Source: Octopus vulgaris | Taxonomy: Eukaryota | NCBI GenBank assembly: GCA_951406725.2 | Contig: OX597824.1 | Location: forward strand, 64,914,001 to 64,978,000 | Reading direction: 5' to 3' | DNA: 64,000 nt | In this document: piece by piece, positions 11,901-27,488 of the stretch | How positions within the stretch are numbered: the stretch's first letter is position 1 | How the letters are laid out: every line of letters starts with the position of its first letter | The notes under the pieces: model-generated | What the model was told of the DNA's origin: nothing | The model's input: the letters and a program-made list of their open reading frames with translations, nothing else | The model's database searches: none | Translations under genes and position numbers: made by a program

Positions 11901-14274
11901 TACACACTTGGGTAAGATGTATATGTGTGTGTGTGTCTGTCTGTCTGTCCGTCTGTCTGTCTGCCTGTCTGTCTGTCTGTCTGCCTGGATGGATGGATGG
12001 ATGGATGGAAGGATAGATATCTTCAAGGTGGAAACCTGATCCGAATAATGGCAATAGGGTGGATAACACTAAAGCCAGCCTGGGATCAATTGTAATCCAA
12101 GGCTGGTTTTGACAATATCCATTCTATCGTGGTGTTAAACCGAGTGACAGATTAACTCTAAAACCCAAACAGAGTGAGATATTTAATCTATTGTAAGATA
12201 TTTAATCCACATTTAAGATATTTAATCCCCGTTTGGATATGCATTATAATAGACTGAACTGAATTCAGTGATCATAGAGAATGCAACCTGTTTGTAAGTC
12301 CCGGTCTTCTGAATAGTAGGCAGCAAGAACAATTCATAGACAGCTCTGAGTGTTAATACAACCTCTCTAGTCCTACTGTCATTACAAAACAATTTTTTAG
12401 CACTACTTCCGGTTTAACATGTCCTCTTGGTTGTCGGCATTTACTGAGTTACAGGCATGCATACTAATTCTTCAAGTTGAGTGTAATTTGTTGATGCATT
12501 GTTTACTACTACACTTCTCTTTGCGTAGTGTTTATTGTTTAAGTGAAAAAGTTTTTTCCAGTGTAGGACCATCACAAGATTGGACAGGAGCTTAGCAATT
12601 TGAGTATCGTTTCAGGAAGCTGCCGTATCAGTTGGTGTATGAATTCAACTTTTTTAGCTTGTGGGTGTTACATCCAGTGAGTTCATAATTCAAAAGCACG
12701 AATTTATCCAACTAGTATCAGTCGCCCGGTTATTTCTCCTCGATTTGGCATCTCTTTTTCTCATCTCCCAAAATAATCTACTTTTTAAGAAATACGGAAA
12801 TTAATATTGCTTAGTTATCAATAAAACGTATTATCTATAAATGTATATGTGACAACAATACTATATTGCTGAAGTTTATGTAGGAATTCTTATGACAAAT
12901 ACACTGACTAGACTTAAGTTTATAAATGAATTCTTTGAATAAGAATAACATGTTTGAATTAAAAAGTGAATTACGATAAGTTACGTGTAAGGTTATCCAT
13001 TGTTTGCGTTCGACTCGTTCAATAATCTGTGTTGGAACTATCCGATAATTCATTGCTTTTACCATCGGAAATATCGTGTAATTTCCGAGCTTTAGTGCTT
13101 TAAGCATAACAGGAAAAAAAGTAGAATGTTTATTCCTTTGACTTTATGATTTACATTTTCATGAAACCTCTATTTATTCAGCAATCAATGCAGGTAATAA
13201 ATGTTCCAGAATGTCGCTTTTTATTCTTGTTTCATTCCTTACTTTATTTCTCATGTAATAACGAAAGGAAACATCTCATAATATCTTGTTCCAATGAAAG
13301 AAACATTTGACACTCTGTTTACAGGTAATATACCCAATTAAGCCGTCACGAGTGTGTATTAAGAGGATATTACCATGGCTTCTGTAATCTACCTCGGTTT
13401 GTTGTATAAAAATAATGCTTTCAATAGTTACGTTTTGAAATATATAAAAGAGCATAAAGTTTATTAGCAGAGTTTTATTTGTTTGTAGGTCTTTAGTGAG
13501 TCTTTTTATTTATTAGTTGAACGTGATTTGATGATATTGCATTGAAAATACTGTACTTTATCTCTGGAAATATACACTGCTCTCAGCTGTCCACTTCGCA
13601 GCAAATAATTACTATGTGGAAGCAATGAGTTTTAGAATTATAAGAAGCGTCATTACGTTATAATTGGTTTCCATTAACTAAATTCTTATATTTTAAGAGA
13701 GCCATGAAAAAGGTGAGGAAGAACAAAAAGAACAGCTGCGACCGAAAGAATAATAAAACTACTGCGACTGACAGTCAATTTCATTCTGGTCGCAACTTTG
13801 CACTTTTCTTTATTCATTTAGAGCGCTGAGATCAAATCATCCGTCTGCCAAAAGCTGAACTTTTTGAGAAAAAAGTCGGTACCATTTCGTTGTATCATCT
13901 TGTCTAACCACTGCATGAAAGTGAGGAAGCTTCTACGTAGCCACTTTACCCTCGTGACATAGCAGTCAAATCTCCCTTGTATCATATCCTACTGTCTTAA
14001 AAAAACAAAAGATAGGATAATATAGTCCTCAGTAAAAAAAAGTAAAAGTTTGGATGGGCGTAAACGGAAGGCCTTCAATCATAGGTCTGCTGGATCGACC
14101 TTGACCAGAAGCTAAACAAGAAGAATTACATGACGGAAGGAGGACTGTACGTAATTACACGAACAACGATAAATAGCAGCCAAATCTCCCTCAACTCAGA
14201 CACCATCGTCTTTAATAAAAGAATCTTAAACACCCATAAAATATGGCCTGAAATTCGGTGGTACAGAGATAATC

Positions 14275-14425
14275 GATTACATCGACCCCAGTGCTCAACT
14301 ATTACTTATTTTATGAACCTTGAAAAGAAGAAAAGCAAAAGCAAAGTCTACTTCGGCAGCATTCGAACTCAGAGCGTGAAACCGGAAGAAATGCCGCTAA
14401 GCATTTTCTCCGTATGGCTGATGAA
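14275..14425 (-). mobile_element. Degraded SINE family A
   Basis: ATCGACCCCAGTGCTCAACT...GCAAAGTCTACTTCGGCAGCATTCGAACTCAGAGCG...GAAATGCCGCTAAGCATTTT. Confidence 0.75.
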
Positions 14426-14546
14426 ATTAACATGAGATAAGTCCAATAACATTGATCTCGTGCTTCTGCGTATTCTGCTGCAGCAGAGATAGCGGGAGAT
14501 GATTGACGAATGTATCTCACAGCATGTGACAGTTTATATCACAATA

Positions 14547-14830
14547 ACTGGCACTCCGTCGGTTACGATGACGAGGGTTCCAATTGATGCTCGTGAAATT
14601 AACGTGCAAGTGGCTGAGCACTACACAGACATGCATACCCTTAACGTAGTTTTTCGGGGAAATTCAGCGTGACACAGTATTTAACAAGGCTGGCCCTTTT
14701 GTACAATTGAGTGGACAAGAGCAACGTGAAATAAAGTCTTGCTCAAGGACACAACGCGCCACTAGGAATCGAACTCGTGACATTACGATCATGAGCTGAT
14801 TACCCTAACCATTAAGTCACGTGCCTTCCC
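14547..14830 (-). mobile_element. tRNA-derived SINE family C with an 11-bp target-site duplication
   Basis: Minus-strand head with A box (TGACTTAATGG) and B box (GAGTTCGATTCC); ATATCACAATA at 14536-14546 and 14831-14841; second copy at 42553-42830. Confidence 0.88.
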
Positions 14831-14918
14831 ATATCACAATAGCACGTAACAAGTGTATGTCACAATGTTACAACGTAGAATGGTGTATCTAACATGTTTA
14901 ACCGTCGCAATATGTTAC

Positions 14919-14974
<56 letters not shown>

Positions 14975-15729
14975 ACATACTTATACTGTACTATGTAACG
15001 AATATTTCTGCAATGAAGCACAAGTTTCGCAGTTTCTTGACCTCTCAGAGTTGTAATTATTTAACCACGAGTCAACCCTGCTCAGCCGTGACCATCTAGT
15101 TTTTATGACACCGATTATTTCATTGTCAAGTCTTATGTGTGTTGAGAGCTATTTACCTATTTCTAACAAAAACAAAACAAATATTTTTAACTGAACTTAT
15201 TAATAAGAAGCTGACTTTATGACAGAGAACCAGGTGAGGCTCAGAGGTCTAACGATGAGAATTGCGATAGCTTCTTCATTAAACAGATAGCAGGATTATG
15301 ATAGGGCTTCTAGTTACCATTATTGAAGTTCGATAATTCACATGGGAAGCAATATCGACTTCCAGACGTTATTGTCGTTCACTATGATATTGGAGATTAA
15401 ATGCAATTCGCAAAAGGATCAATAATTAATTCAGCTTCATTAGAAACACCACAGGTGGTTGCAATTTAAATGGAGAAACAACTTTTACTGTTTAAGACGT
15501 GATGTCACATAAATTATGTGCCTCAATTTCATAGAGAAAGAATACAGAAATAGTATGCAATTATATTTAAGAGAAGTATTCGTGAGAGGAAAAATAAATT
15601 ACCCGTAGCTACATATAGGTTAAAAGAAATTTTTGTGACATCAAGTGCATTATAAAGGACTTGTAAATATTTACCATGTAATCAATAGGAATCAATCGAT
15701 GATCGAAGGGATATGGAATGATATATAAG

Positions 15730-16566
15730 CAGGTAAACTGTCACCATTTTATATTTTTTATTTCGCTCATGCGCATTGTTTGTTTTTGATTTTGTCAACC
15801 AAACAGTATAGTAGGATTAATTGGGCACCGTCTGTAAGAAAAACAGCACCATGATGCAATTCACTCTGACAGAAATTTAGAAACGACATGCATGACATTC
15901 GTGCTGTTGGGTGTCAATCTGAGAACAGTGCAATTTGAGGACATGTACAGAAAGGGATAAAGATCAAACATCCAGTCAACATCATGGTGTTTGGCGTGAT
16001 CACTAGCGATGGCAAAGTTATGCCTCCATTCATCTTCTCGCACAACCTCAGACTCAACACGGAAGCCTACATCAAGAGGCTGTGGGAGATAGTGCTGCTC
16101 TGACTCAAGAGGGTGAATGCTGGAAGACCCTATATCTGACAGTAGGACTCTGCACCATGCCACACAAGCTGCAGAACCCAGTCATGGCTGTCAGACAATT
16201 TCTGCAATCACATCACCCCTAACATCCAGCCACCTAACTCCCCAGACTGAAACCCTCTTGATTATTATGTGTGACGAACAGTTGATCGAGAAACCAACAA
16301 AACTCCTTGTAACACCAAAGATGAACTAAAAGTAAGGATTATGGCAGCATTCACCAAGTTAAACAAGGAAACCATCCAGAACAGTTGCAGAAGATTCCGA
16401 AGCCGTCTGGAGGCCGTGGTTGAAGCCAATGGCGAATTTATTGAATACATTTACTCTTTACTATTTCAAGAAATTTTCATGTAATTTTGTAAATACATCA
16501 GTTAAAATGAGATGTCAGTGTCAATTCAATTTTTGCGTAATTTAGACAACAGTTTATTCACCGCAA
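15730..16566 (+). mobile_element. maT (DD37D) Tc1/mariner-superfamily transposon, internally deleted
   Basis: KHPVNIMVFGVITSDGKVMPPFIF...Q*DSAPCHT...PPNSPD*NPLDYYV with 37 residues between the second and third Asp; C-terminal RLEAVVEANGEFIE; nonsense mutations. Confidence 0.88.
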
Positions 16567-16665
16567 ATTGTGCCCGTGCGCGCGTGTTTGAGTGTGGCTG
16601 TGTGTGTGTGAGTATGTGTGTATATATATGTCTATATATATATATGTATGTATCTATATACATAC

Positions 16666-16735
<70 letters not shown>

Positions 16736-17037
16736 TATAAACCAGCTTAGAGAAGAAGAAGAGACGAAACGAAACCAAACGAATCGAATCGAATCGACGC
16801 GAAGGCGCTCAGTCATACAATAGTGTAATAAATAAAATATATGCATACATACAAACATATATGTACGTACCTACATCTACAAGTATATATACATGCATAT
16901 ATAAATATATATACGTGTGTACAGGACACCACAAATAGACGCAGAACTCAACGAGAAACGAAAACGTAAAAACAGCATGGAATGGACCATTTTTTTTAAC
17001 AACGAAAAAACAGAGTACAAGACAACTACCTATATAC

Positions 17038-17068
<31 letters not shown>

Positions 17069-17154
17069 TACTATATACATATACTATGCATATGCATGTA
17101 CTCTGTGGTTGGGAAGCAAGCTCCCTACAACACAGCAGTATGTGTACATGTATG

Positions 17155-17185
<31 letters not shown>

Positions 17186-17319
17186 ATGTGTGCGTAAGTG
17201 CGCGCGCGAGTGGAACTGTATGTATGCATGCATGTGCCCCTTTATATATATGTATGTATATGTATGTGTATGTGTGTGTGTGCGTGTGTGTATATGTGTA
17301 CAGATAGATAGATAGATAC

Positions 17320-17381
<62 letters not shown>

Positions 17382-17421
17382 CGACAGACAGACAGACAGA
17401 CAAACAGACAGGCAAACAGGC

Positions 17422-17577
<156 letters not shown>

Positions 17578-17980
17578 TTTCTGTAGGTAAAATATGGCAG
17601 TATATAGATTCTGTTTGTGCTTACCTGATACGTATAGACCGTGTATTTGAGAAAACATTGACTGACGTAGTAATTTTGGATGGAGTTGGGTGGAGTTTGA
17701 TATTTTGTTAATCTGTAGTATTATTGACAGGCATTTGCTCGACGAATTGACGTGTCTAGCTGTTCTGTCCTTAATGGTTAATCTACAACGATCTCGCCTA
17801 TTCACTATTTTTATCTACCATTCTTTTTCCTACGATAATGTCTATATCTTAAGTATCATAATATCATCAATGAACTATTGTGTATCATATTGGCTCGAGC
17901 AAGGATGTGTTGAACGTGTTTATCTGTATATATATAAAAGGCAGGATGTGTGTGTGTATGTGCGTATGTGTGTGTGTGTG

Positions 17981-18020
<40 letters not shown>

Positions 18021-18374
18021 TGTGTGTACGTGAGTACGTGAATGTAATTTATGCACGTCCACAAATTAGCACGCATGTTGCTCCAATTTTAGGAGGACAT
18101 TCGTCATGATCCTAGCTGTATTTACAACTTATTTTCCCCAGAGGTACCAGCGAATAGCGGTAAAAATAAATTTTCGATCAGAACTTTAAACAATTTTCAA
18201 GTCGGAGAAATTCACCATTGTTTACAAACCGGAGTTAAGTCCCCTTCTAGCGACGTGTAAGTTTTTTAAGACTTTTTTTTCCATCGAGGAAACGGGCAAC
18301 ACATGAACATGTATGTGTACAAAAACATGCATGCAATAGGTGTACGTACGTACGTGTGTGTATGTGTGTGTATT

Positions 18375-18451
<77 letters not shown>

Positions 18452-18945
18452 AAGACTTTGTTGTGATCTGAACGTAACCGCTTCTGACACAGAGGATCTG
18501 CAGCCCTTTTGGGCATTCTATTTTCCTTGCTGGAAGGGTTCCCAACCCATGGGGAAAAGATGATGGGGTGGGGTGGGGTCAAAGGGCTGGCATATGCAAC
18601 CTGATCACCTCTGCCGATCAAATTCTCAACCCATGCGCTCCCGTCGCGACACTGGTTCTGCAGAACTGGGTTGGGTGTGAAAACCAACTTTAAAGTATAA
18701 ATATAGATGTTCTTTTAATCAGCAATGTCGTGTTCGGTCAAGTCCTATTTGGGGGGAAAAATCAATAAACTGATTCCTTATGGGGTTTTCCATTTAACCA
18801 GAATTTTAGTTATAGGATTTAGTTATAGGATTTCCCAATAAAATTGGCTACGCCCTATTTTCAACCATAACTTGTACCAAATTTGATGTATTTTGTTCAA
18901 ACTTGAAGCCAGCATTCCTTAGGACTCATGGGATCTTTGAATGCA

Positions 18946-18991
<46 letters not shown>

Positions 18992-19032
18992 TAGAGGAGG
19001 GAGAGAGAGAGAGAACAAAGTGTACTACGCCG

Positions 19033-19090
<58 letters not shown>

Positions 19091-19113
19091 CAAAATGGGA
19101 CAAGAACGCAAAA

Positions 19114-19178
<65 letters not shown>

Positions 19179-19275
19179 TGTATATATGTATACACGCATT
19201 TATATACTCATATATATATATATATACATGCATACATAAATACATAGCGTATATAGTCATGCATAAAAATCTCTG

Positions 19276-19315
<40 letters not shown>

Positions 19316-19479
19316 CACATATATATACTTATATACCTACACGCACATATATACAACACTCATATATAAACGGTCATACATACGGACATATATTCATACG
19401 TTTACTCATCAACGCATATATAAACTCCAGGCTGACGTTCTTACATTTCTGCCATTGACTGGTACTTTATCGACCCCAA

Positions 19480-20593
19480 AAGGGCAAGCTGGCCTCAAAT
19501 ACCACGACACATTCTGGCCGACGCTCAAACCACTGCCCATTCGCCGCTTCTAACTGTTGATGATTCCAACCAGAGTTTCGACAACTGAACAGCTATCATT
19601 GACCGTATCAAATCACGAATGTTGAATATTAAGTTTTTAAAAACATCAAACCTAAATGAGATATAATCAAGTAGTTTCTGCAATTTATCTTTGTGCTCTT
19701 CCAGTGAGTGATTTCTTAGTTGAAACAATGTATTTAATCTCCTGTTGAGATAAAAGTGACTGCATTTCCATGACACCATATCTTCTTGAAATATTCTCAC
19801 TTTATCCTCAAAGCCGCAAATTACCTGAGTAAGAATAGAAACAATCTTATCTCTTCTCTGGAGTTCCAAGGTTATAGCTTATAGATGATTGATTATATCA
19901 GTAAAAAATATTAGATCCTGCGTCCATTCATCACTTTCCAGTTAAAGACACGATATTTTCCTTTCTTTTAAGAAAAATAATAGTAAAAGGCTCCAACAGA
20001 TTCACAATTTTATTCTAGACATTGTTGGTTGACAGTCATTCAACAATGTTGTAGGAAAAAAACGATGATTGAGTTAATCCTGAAACTCTAGGTCTTCAAT
20101 AAAATTTCTGGTATGTCGTTGGGTGTTCTCATTTAAGCAGTTGGAATTAACAATTTCAAAGACAGATTTCCTAACAACTTCATAATTAAAGTATCCGAGT
20201 TGCCAGATTTTCAAGATGAACAATACAAAAAGCAGTAAAAAATACTGAAAGGCTGGGACTACTATTCGTGAATGCAATTAATCTTTCTACGCAGATACAC
20301 TATCTATTCAACACTATTGCTATTATTCAAACCAACATCAGCAGTTGTTAAGAATCTGTCAAGTTTATTTTCATGTCAGCACTACTAGTGGTTGTTTTTT
20401 CTTGTGTTTTATATTACAGTGTTCAACATCCGCTCTTTCACAATTACATCAGAGGTAATTAAAGTAACAAGCAAATGCTCGTAGTTATAGATTGTCTTTA
20501 TATGTAAAGGTCCGTCAAAAACTAAGCTGGATATCGATGAATTCTTTAAATCGTTTTGCATTTTAACTACAACAACAACGATCTGAGAGATAC

Positions 20594-20664
<71 letters not shown>

Positions 20665-21050
20665 GTGATGAGTTAAGCTAGCATTTGCGAGAATAATTTT
20701 GCGTTGTTGTTCTTTTATCTAACATTACAACCTCGGCTTAATTTTCTTAGCAGATTAGTTATTAGTAAATAAGTACTTGGCATAAGTAATATTCTATGAC
20801 ACAGCAAAACTACCTTGGCACAATACAGTCCTACAAGCTGTTCTGCCAATATCAACACTTAACAATTTATTGTAAACATTATGGCATTTGGTCATAGCTT
20901 GGATCTTTCTCTTCTTAAAAAATTTTGCCAAGCACGAATGATTCTAGAATTCTGTAGTCTTTCATATATTCAACATGGCCTAATCATGGTAATAGTCACT
21001 TACATAGGCAATGATTTACGCTACTTGCAATATTTCAATGTTGGTTATTT
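19480..21050 (-). mobile_element. hAT (Buster/SPIN-like) transposase remnant
   Basis: ESDEWTQDLIFFTDIINHL, ELQRRDKIVSILTQVICGFEDKVRIFQ...CSHF, and upstream SFAVS*NITYAK; interrupted by (CT)n at ~20596-20661. Confidence 0.7.
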
Positions 21051-21689
21051 TATTTCGTCATTTCAATGTTTAGAATTTTACCGAGGCACCATAAATGGAA
21101 AGAATTAAACTTTTTCGTGAGGCTAAAGTATGCATTCCAAGACTCGGAATGTACTGAGGATGCACAGGCTCTGATCGTCTTTGTGTTCAGCTTTTTGTTC
21201 CTTCATGGTCTTTTTGTAAGTTTTACACGCACATATACATACATATATGCGTATAATATATAACCAAGTTCTTTTACAATTCTTCGAAATATAAAACTGA
21301 ACGACCGCTGCAATAAGTATGTGAATCTGAGAGTGAAATATACTGAATGAAATCATAATTAACTGATGTTCCTTTATTTTCTTTTACCCAAAGCCAAGAA
21401 CTTTTTAGCACCCATTTGTGTATATATATATATATATATATATAATCTGGCGGATTATGTTACCCACAATCTACCCAAATTCATGAAACTCACCTCTAGA
21501 TAGGAAACGGAATAGAAAAAGGCACTGTGCAAAATTCAAATTATTGAAAACCATAAATAAATTAAATAATAATTCAAAAATATACAGAGCCAGAAACCCT
21601 CTGTTCAAAACTGTAATGCCAGGTTGAATAATGTTGCGAAAATGATGCAAAACAGGAAAATTATGATATATTTCAATGATATTCTCGTG

Positions 21690-22640
21690 CAATACTAGCA
21701 ACGATACTTCAAAAACATGTGATTTCATGCACCCTATCAACTTCAACAGTAGAGCATGTGGAAACTCTTCCCAGACCTTTATTGCCGTTTCAACTCATCA
21801 ACACATGAATATTACTTGCCTTCACTGTACACGACATATCCCCAGGCATTCTCAACAGGATTAAGATCGGGACTTCTTGCTAGCCATGGTATGACGTCAA
21901 CCCCAATTGTATGGAGGAACTCCAAAGTTGCCTTTGCTTTATGAATAAGAGCATTGTCCTGTTGAAATATGAAGTTCTCGCCATGGAGCATTCTTCCGTC
22001 TTCGTGAATGTGAGCCCCATCTAATATATTGTGCACCATTGAAACGGCCATCTATGATGACGAGTGGCAGCTTCCCATTGGCAGATATTGCTCCCCACAC
22101 TATAAGACCTCTTTCGCTTTTCTGTCGCAAAATTTTGTATACATGTATCTGCCTATTAACTCGTATAACCGTCGGGGATAACCAAATTCCACTTTTTCTC
22201 ATCAGAGAACAGAAGCCTGGTCCATTCACCATCTCACGTTTAATGCTGCCGAACAAACTCCAACCTAACAGTTTTGTAGGAAGGGAACAATAACGGACAT
22301 CCTAACCGCTTCTTCAGGTGGAAACCATGGTTCAGAACCATTTTTCTTACGGTAGATATCGAGGCTTTTGCTCCTGCTGATGCATTGATTTTGGGAACAG
22401 AAGAGCAGCGTGACTTCTTCACAGCTCTGATAATAGCATTTTCATCCTTTTCTGATGTAGCCTCGGGACATCCACCAACACGAAACCTATTAAGCCGTCT
22501 GGATCATTCAGAAAATTGCCCACTTGCGTTCTGTTTGGCCGAATCTTCTCGGCGATCTTCTGGTTAATCATTTCTTCCACTTTCAGTGCAAGAATCTTCC
22601 CTTTTTCAATTTCGAAAAACTCTGTAACTTTAGGCATACT
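21690..22640 (-). mobile_element. Tc1/Tc3-like (DD34E) transposase remnant
   Basis: MPKVTEFFEIEKGKILALK N-terminal HTH, LIVWGAISANGK, FQQDNALIH...SPDLNPVENAWG with 34 residues between D and E. Confidence 0.9.
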
Positions 22641-23179
22641 GGAAATGTAGTCTGGATCGTACGACTGAGAAATGAAAATGTATTAGTGGGTTTATAGTTT
22701 TGATGTGTTGATATGGTAGGGAAAATTAGAAAATCAAGTGTTGTAATGTGATAATAAAGGTCCAAGGTTTACATTTCAAAATATTCACGAAATACCCATT
22801 AACAATATATTGTGCCCTTTAGTCGACTTCAATACAAAGCTAAATTTCTAGATAACAGAGAAACATGTGGTTATATAGTTTTATACATTTTGTACAATTT
22901 CTCCATTATATATATATATATATACCAGAGTAAGCACATGCCATATATATAAATGTGAAACAAGGTGGGGAAAAATAATACTGAGGTAGAGTAATATGCT
23001 TTATTACTAAAGCTACAAAAATATCACAAGAAATCACAAAGAAACGGCTACTCAGAGTTTAACGTTCCCGTTCGTGTGTGTATATATGTATGTATGTATG
23101 TATGTATGTACGTACGTACGTATGTATGTATATAATATTTTTGCAAGATTCTGAAGTGAAAATCATGTGTTTAAATATA

Positions 23180-23409
23180 TATTTCTTTACTACCCACAAG
23201 GGGCTACACACAGAGGGGATAAACAAGAACAGACAAACGGATTAAGTCGATTATATCGACCCCAGTGCGTAACTGGTACTAAATTTATCGACCCCGAAAG
23301 GATGTAAGGCAAAGTCGACCTCGGCGGAATTTGAACTCAGAACGTAACGGCAGACGAAATACGGCTACGCATTTCGCCCGGCGTGCTAACGTTTCTGCCA
23401 GCTCGCCGC
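23180..23409 (-). mobile_element. Full-length tRNA-derived SINE family A
   Basis: Head GCGGCGAGCTGGCAGAAACGTTAGCACGCCGGGCG with B box GAGTTCAAATTCC, core CATCCTTTCGGGGTCGATAAA..AGTACCAG, tail ...GGGTAGTAAAGAAATA. Confidence 0.92.
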
Positions 23410-24860
23410 TTTTACCTGTGTTTAAATATAGCAGTATTTTGGAACAGACATGTTGACAATTATACATATATTCATACATATGAATGTATATATTATTGGC
23501 TATTCTTAATTAAAGATTAATTTAACCAAAATTCTAAAACGTATTTAATACTTGCAGAATGTAATGTATAAATCTTATTCCTTCAAAACACTCCATAGTG
23601 TCTTATGGCACGTTTCACTGGTTCAAAACAGTTCATGAAAAATATTTGAGAAAATTTACTAACAAATCATTTAAAAAGCGGAAGATAAGGAAAGGCAAAA
23701 TATGGAAGACAGAAGGAAGCACAGATCAGAAAGGACAAATTTTGTGGTCGGACATACAGGATGTATTATGCAGTAAGAAGAAGGTCATAGAATCTAGAGA
23801 GAAGGCGGAGCGAAAATTTGATGGATGTTGTGAATGAGCGAAGGTAAAATATATGAACAGAGTGATGTGTTGAGTGAGGGATGGATTGGATGAGACTAGA
23901 ATAATTACAGAACAATCGTTATGCTAGAACTAGCTTATACATATATTTAAGTATAATCTATTCGAAATTTAAATAAACAATTCGGTTAATAGCTTGTAGC
24001 CAGAACAAGGAAATTTGTTTTCTCTGGTTAAATATGTGAAAAAAGTTAAATATTAATCCAGTAACATAAAAATAGATATTTCCTGAATATTTGTATTGCA
24101 AAACATGTAGGATTTACACTAGTTGTAACAAGAAGCTAAAATTTAGCTACACCTAAGGATTTCAGTAGTTAAGAGGACATAAGTCGGATCTATTTAGTTT
24201 CAATCACAGATTTTTTTAATTGAATTTTTTTAACTAAACAGTTTGAAACTTCTAATACTGGTAGAATTTATCACGTAGAACACGGTTTACTCTGAACATT
24301 TTTGACAAAATTTCGTATTTTAAAAGTTATTTCGTGTTAAAGTTGTCGTATTTGGATACTTTTAACCAATCAAAGACGTGTATTGCTGTTTGCGGAAGAG
24401 CAACAACTTCCGGGTCATCTCTACTAAATGCATTTTTCAACCGCGTGTAGTTTATTCGAACGGTTCTTTAGTTTGACTGTTGTGTTTCTGGATATTGTTA
24501 CTTACTGCCTGTGATTATTTTCGCCACTCTGTTCTATTTTAATTTTGTTTACTTGCCTGCGTTAATTTCGTGATTTACTTTCACCAACTTTTGTATACTT
24601 GCCTGTGTTAAATTATTGAGAATGTATATTTATGTTGTAATCTTTTGTGCCCAATATTTTAAGGAACTTGTTAAACTTTTTTATGTCCTTAACATGTTCT
24701 TGTTATCAAACACTGTATATATGTAATGTAGCATTTTGTAACAACCGATAATTAACGCAACCAAACTTTTACATGTTACTTTTGACAATCTTTTTCCAAA
24801 GAGTGAAACCGGTAAAGTAAATAAACATCTTTTAAAATTGCATTTTCAAACCTTCTTTCG

Positions 24861-24934
<74 letters not shown>

Positions 24935-25479
24935 ATATATATGTACAAAAATGTATATATACACATGCATGCATGTGTGTGTGTGTACTAAGGGATAAAA
25001 TTTGTTGCCAAAAATCTTTTTTTTTATTTTTTTCCTTTAGTGAAGCGAAAGAAATAAAGCATATTATCTTTATGCGATTTTTTCTTCAGTTTTCATACCT
25101 TATATTTTTCTCTTAATCATAATTGTGCTTAACATTCGCATATAGCTGCTATTTTGATCTAGTTGGTTCTCGTTAGTATGACATAGTGAAGAATCCAGGA
25201 TTAATTAGATATACTATTAAATTAAATTAAATTATCTGACTTTACAGAAAGTATATGGAGAAAGTATATAGAGAAAGTATATAATGAAATCAGTGTCATT
25301 AGATTGACCGGAGGATATGATAAAAGACGTCAGGCAGTGGTATCGAACCTAGGGCCTCGTGATGCGATACAAACTTAACTACTCAGCTATGTCTACGTTA
25401 ATTAAACGTTAACAAACATAACTAAATACCGTAAAGTATTTAGTTCAACGCTCTACCATTTCAACAACAGCAGCCATTG

Positions 25480-25668
25480 TGACGCAATGGCCCAGTGGTT
25501 AGGGCAACGGACTCGCGGTCGTAGGATCGCTGTTTCGATTCCCAGACTGGGCATTGTGAGTGTTTTTTGAGCAAAGCACCTAAGCTCTACGAGGCTCCGG
25601 TAGGGGATGGTAGTGAATCCTGCTGTACTCTTTCACCACAACTTTCTCTCACTCTTTCTTCCTGCTTC
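25480..25668 (+). mobile_element. tRNA-derived SINE family D (5' part)
   Basis: A box TGGCCCAGTGG and B-box-like GTTTCGATTCCC, followed by a non-tRNA body. Confidence 0.7.
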
Positions 25669-25942
25669 TGCCACAAAGCAGAGGAACCATGAAGTAACCC
25701 ACTATCGTGTGGTAAACTTTCAGACCTCAGTCTAGATTACGAATCCTTTGTGCCCTAGGCTGGCTTCAGCTCTCCACCCGTTAAAGCTACCGTTTACGGA
25801 ATGAGGATAACAATGTAGCTTTCGCGCCCGTGCAACCGCCATTTTATTGCGTGTGGTGGGTGGATCTTCAAGTTGCCACATGCTTTCTTAATAGCTTAGA
25901 GTTGGAGATTATTCTTTGTGGTTAAAACGTGAGTCCTCATAA

Positions 25943-26084
<142 letters not shown>

Positions 26085-26534
26085 ACAACAGCAGCCTAAC
26101 CTCTCTCATATAACACCGTACCATCTAAAAAAGGGAAGAACACATTGAACATTGTGATTCTGGCTGCAATTTACCAGGGCCACGACGAGATATATGTATT
26201 CATGTCTTCGATGATAAGTTAGCTTCATTAGATCTGAGTTCGAGGCTAAACGATATGTGTTAAATCTCTTAATTTAACACATATATTTAAAGAGCGAGAG
26301 AGAGAGATTCGACCCAAGTAAGTGACTGATATTATAGTTTATAGTCTTAAGTAATCCCAAAGAGAAGAAAGCCAATGTCGTTTAAGAATTGTACTGAAAA
26401 TGTTAAGGAAATGAAACTAAATAATTGCACAGTGTTTAGTCTGGTTCCTTATCTTCTCTCCTATTTCATTACTTTTCTGTAATACACAACAACCACAACA
26501 ACAACAGCAATGTTGACATTTGATACTTCTGCAA

Positions 26535-26925
26535 GGCGGCGAGCTTGGCAGACTCGTTAGCATGCCGGGCAAAATGCTTTGCGGCATTTCGTCCGTCTCA
26601 GCGTTCTGAGTTCAAATTCCATCGAGGTCAACTCTGCCTTTCTTCCTTTTGGGGTCGGTAAAATAAGTACCAGATGAGCAGTGGAGTCGATACGATCGAC
26701 TTGCACACCCTCAAACACACAAGAGCTGGTTTTGTGCCAATATTTGAAACCATTAGATACTGCTACATAAAAAACGACGAGCTTTTGTTAGAGTGTCAGA
26801 AAAAATGCTTTGTAATATCCTTTCCGACTCGTAACGTTCTGTGTTCAACTCTCGCCGGGGTCAGCTTTGCCTTTTATCATTCCGAGGTCGATAAAATGAA
26901 GTATCAATCAAGTATTGTGGTCGAT
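26535..26925 (+). mobile_element. Two adjacent SINE family A copies (second more diverged)
   Basis: GGCGGCGAGCTTGGCAG head at 26535; second head ~26775; both carry the GTCG-TAAAAT-AGTA core. Confidence 0.85.
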
Positions 26926-27390
26926 GGCATATGGTATAATAATATCGATTGGGTAGGGCGATGGTAGGAATCGATAATATCGATTGGGTAGGACGATAAG
27001 ATGGTTGGCTTTGTGCTTAAATTAGAAACGATTAAAACACTGCTTCATCATGATTATGACCACCATGATTTCAACAACACCACAACTACTACCACCTCCA
27101 TTGACATCACGACCATCCCTTTTGTCGTCAACACCATCACCCATACCAACATCGCTATCATCACATTCACTGCGATTACCATCACCATCGCCATCAACAT
27201 CGCCACCATTATCACTACCATCATCATTATCACTATCATCACCACCACACTACCACCACCAAAGAACAATAAAAACATCGTTACTGAAGAAGGAATGAAT
27301 ATACAAAACAACTAATCTAGAAAACACTGTAGTCAACAGAAAAGTTTTCCGAAAGAATTATCATTTTTTCTTTTTTTGCTATTTTTAACC

Positions 27391-27488
<98 letters not shown>

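Noticed and set aside
25480-25555. tRNA gene candidate
   Set aside because: Has A and B boxes but a poor acceptor stem and continues into a SINE body; treated as a SINE head.
27001-27315. Thr/Ile-rich ORF
   Set aside because: Degenerate (CAT/CAC)n low-complexity tract without splice or family evidence.
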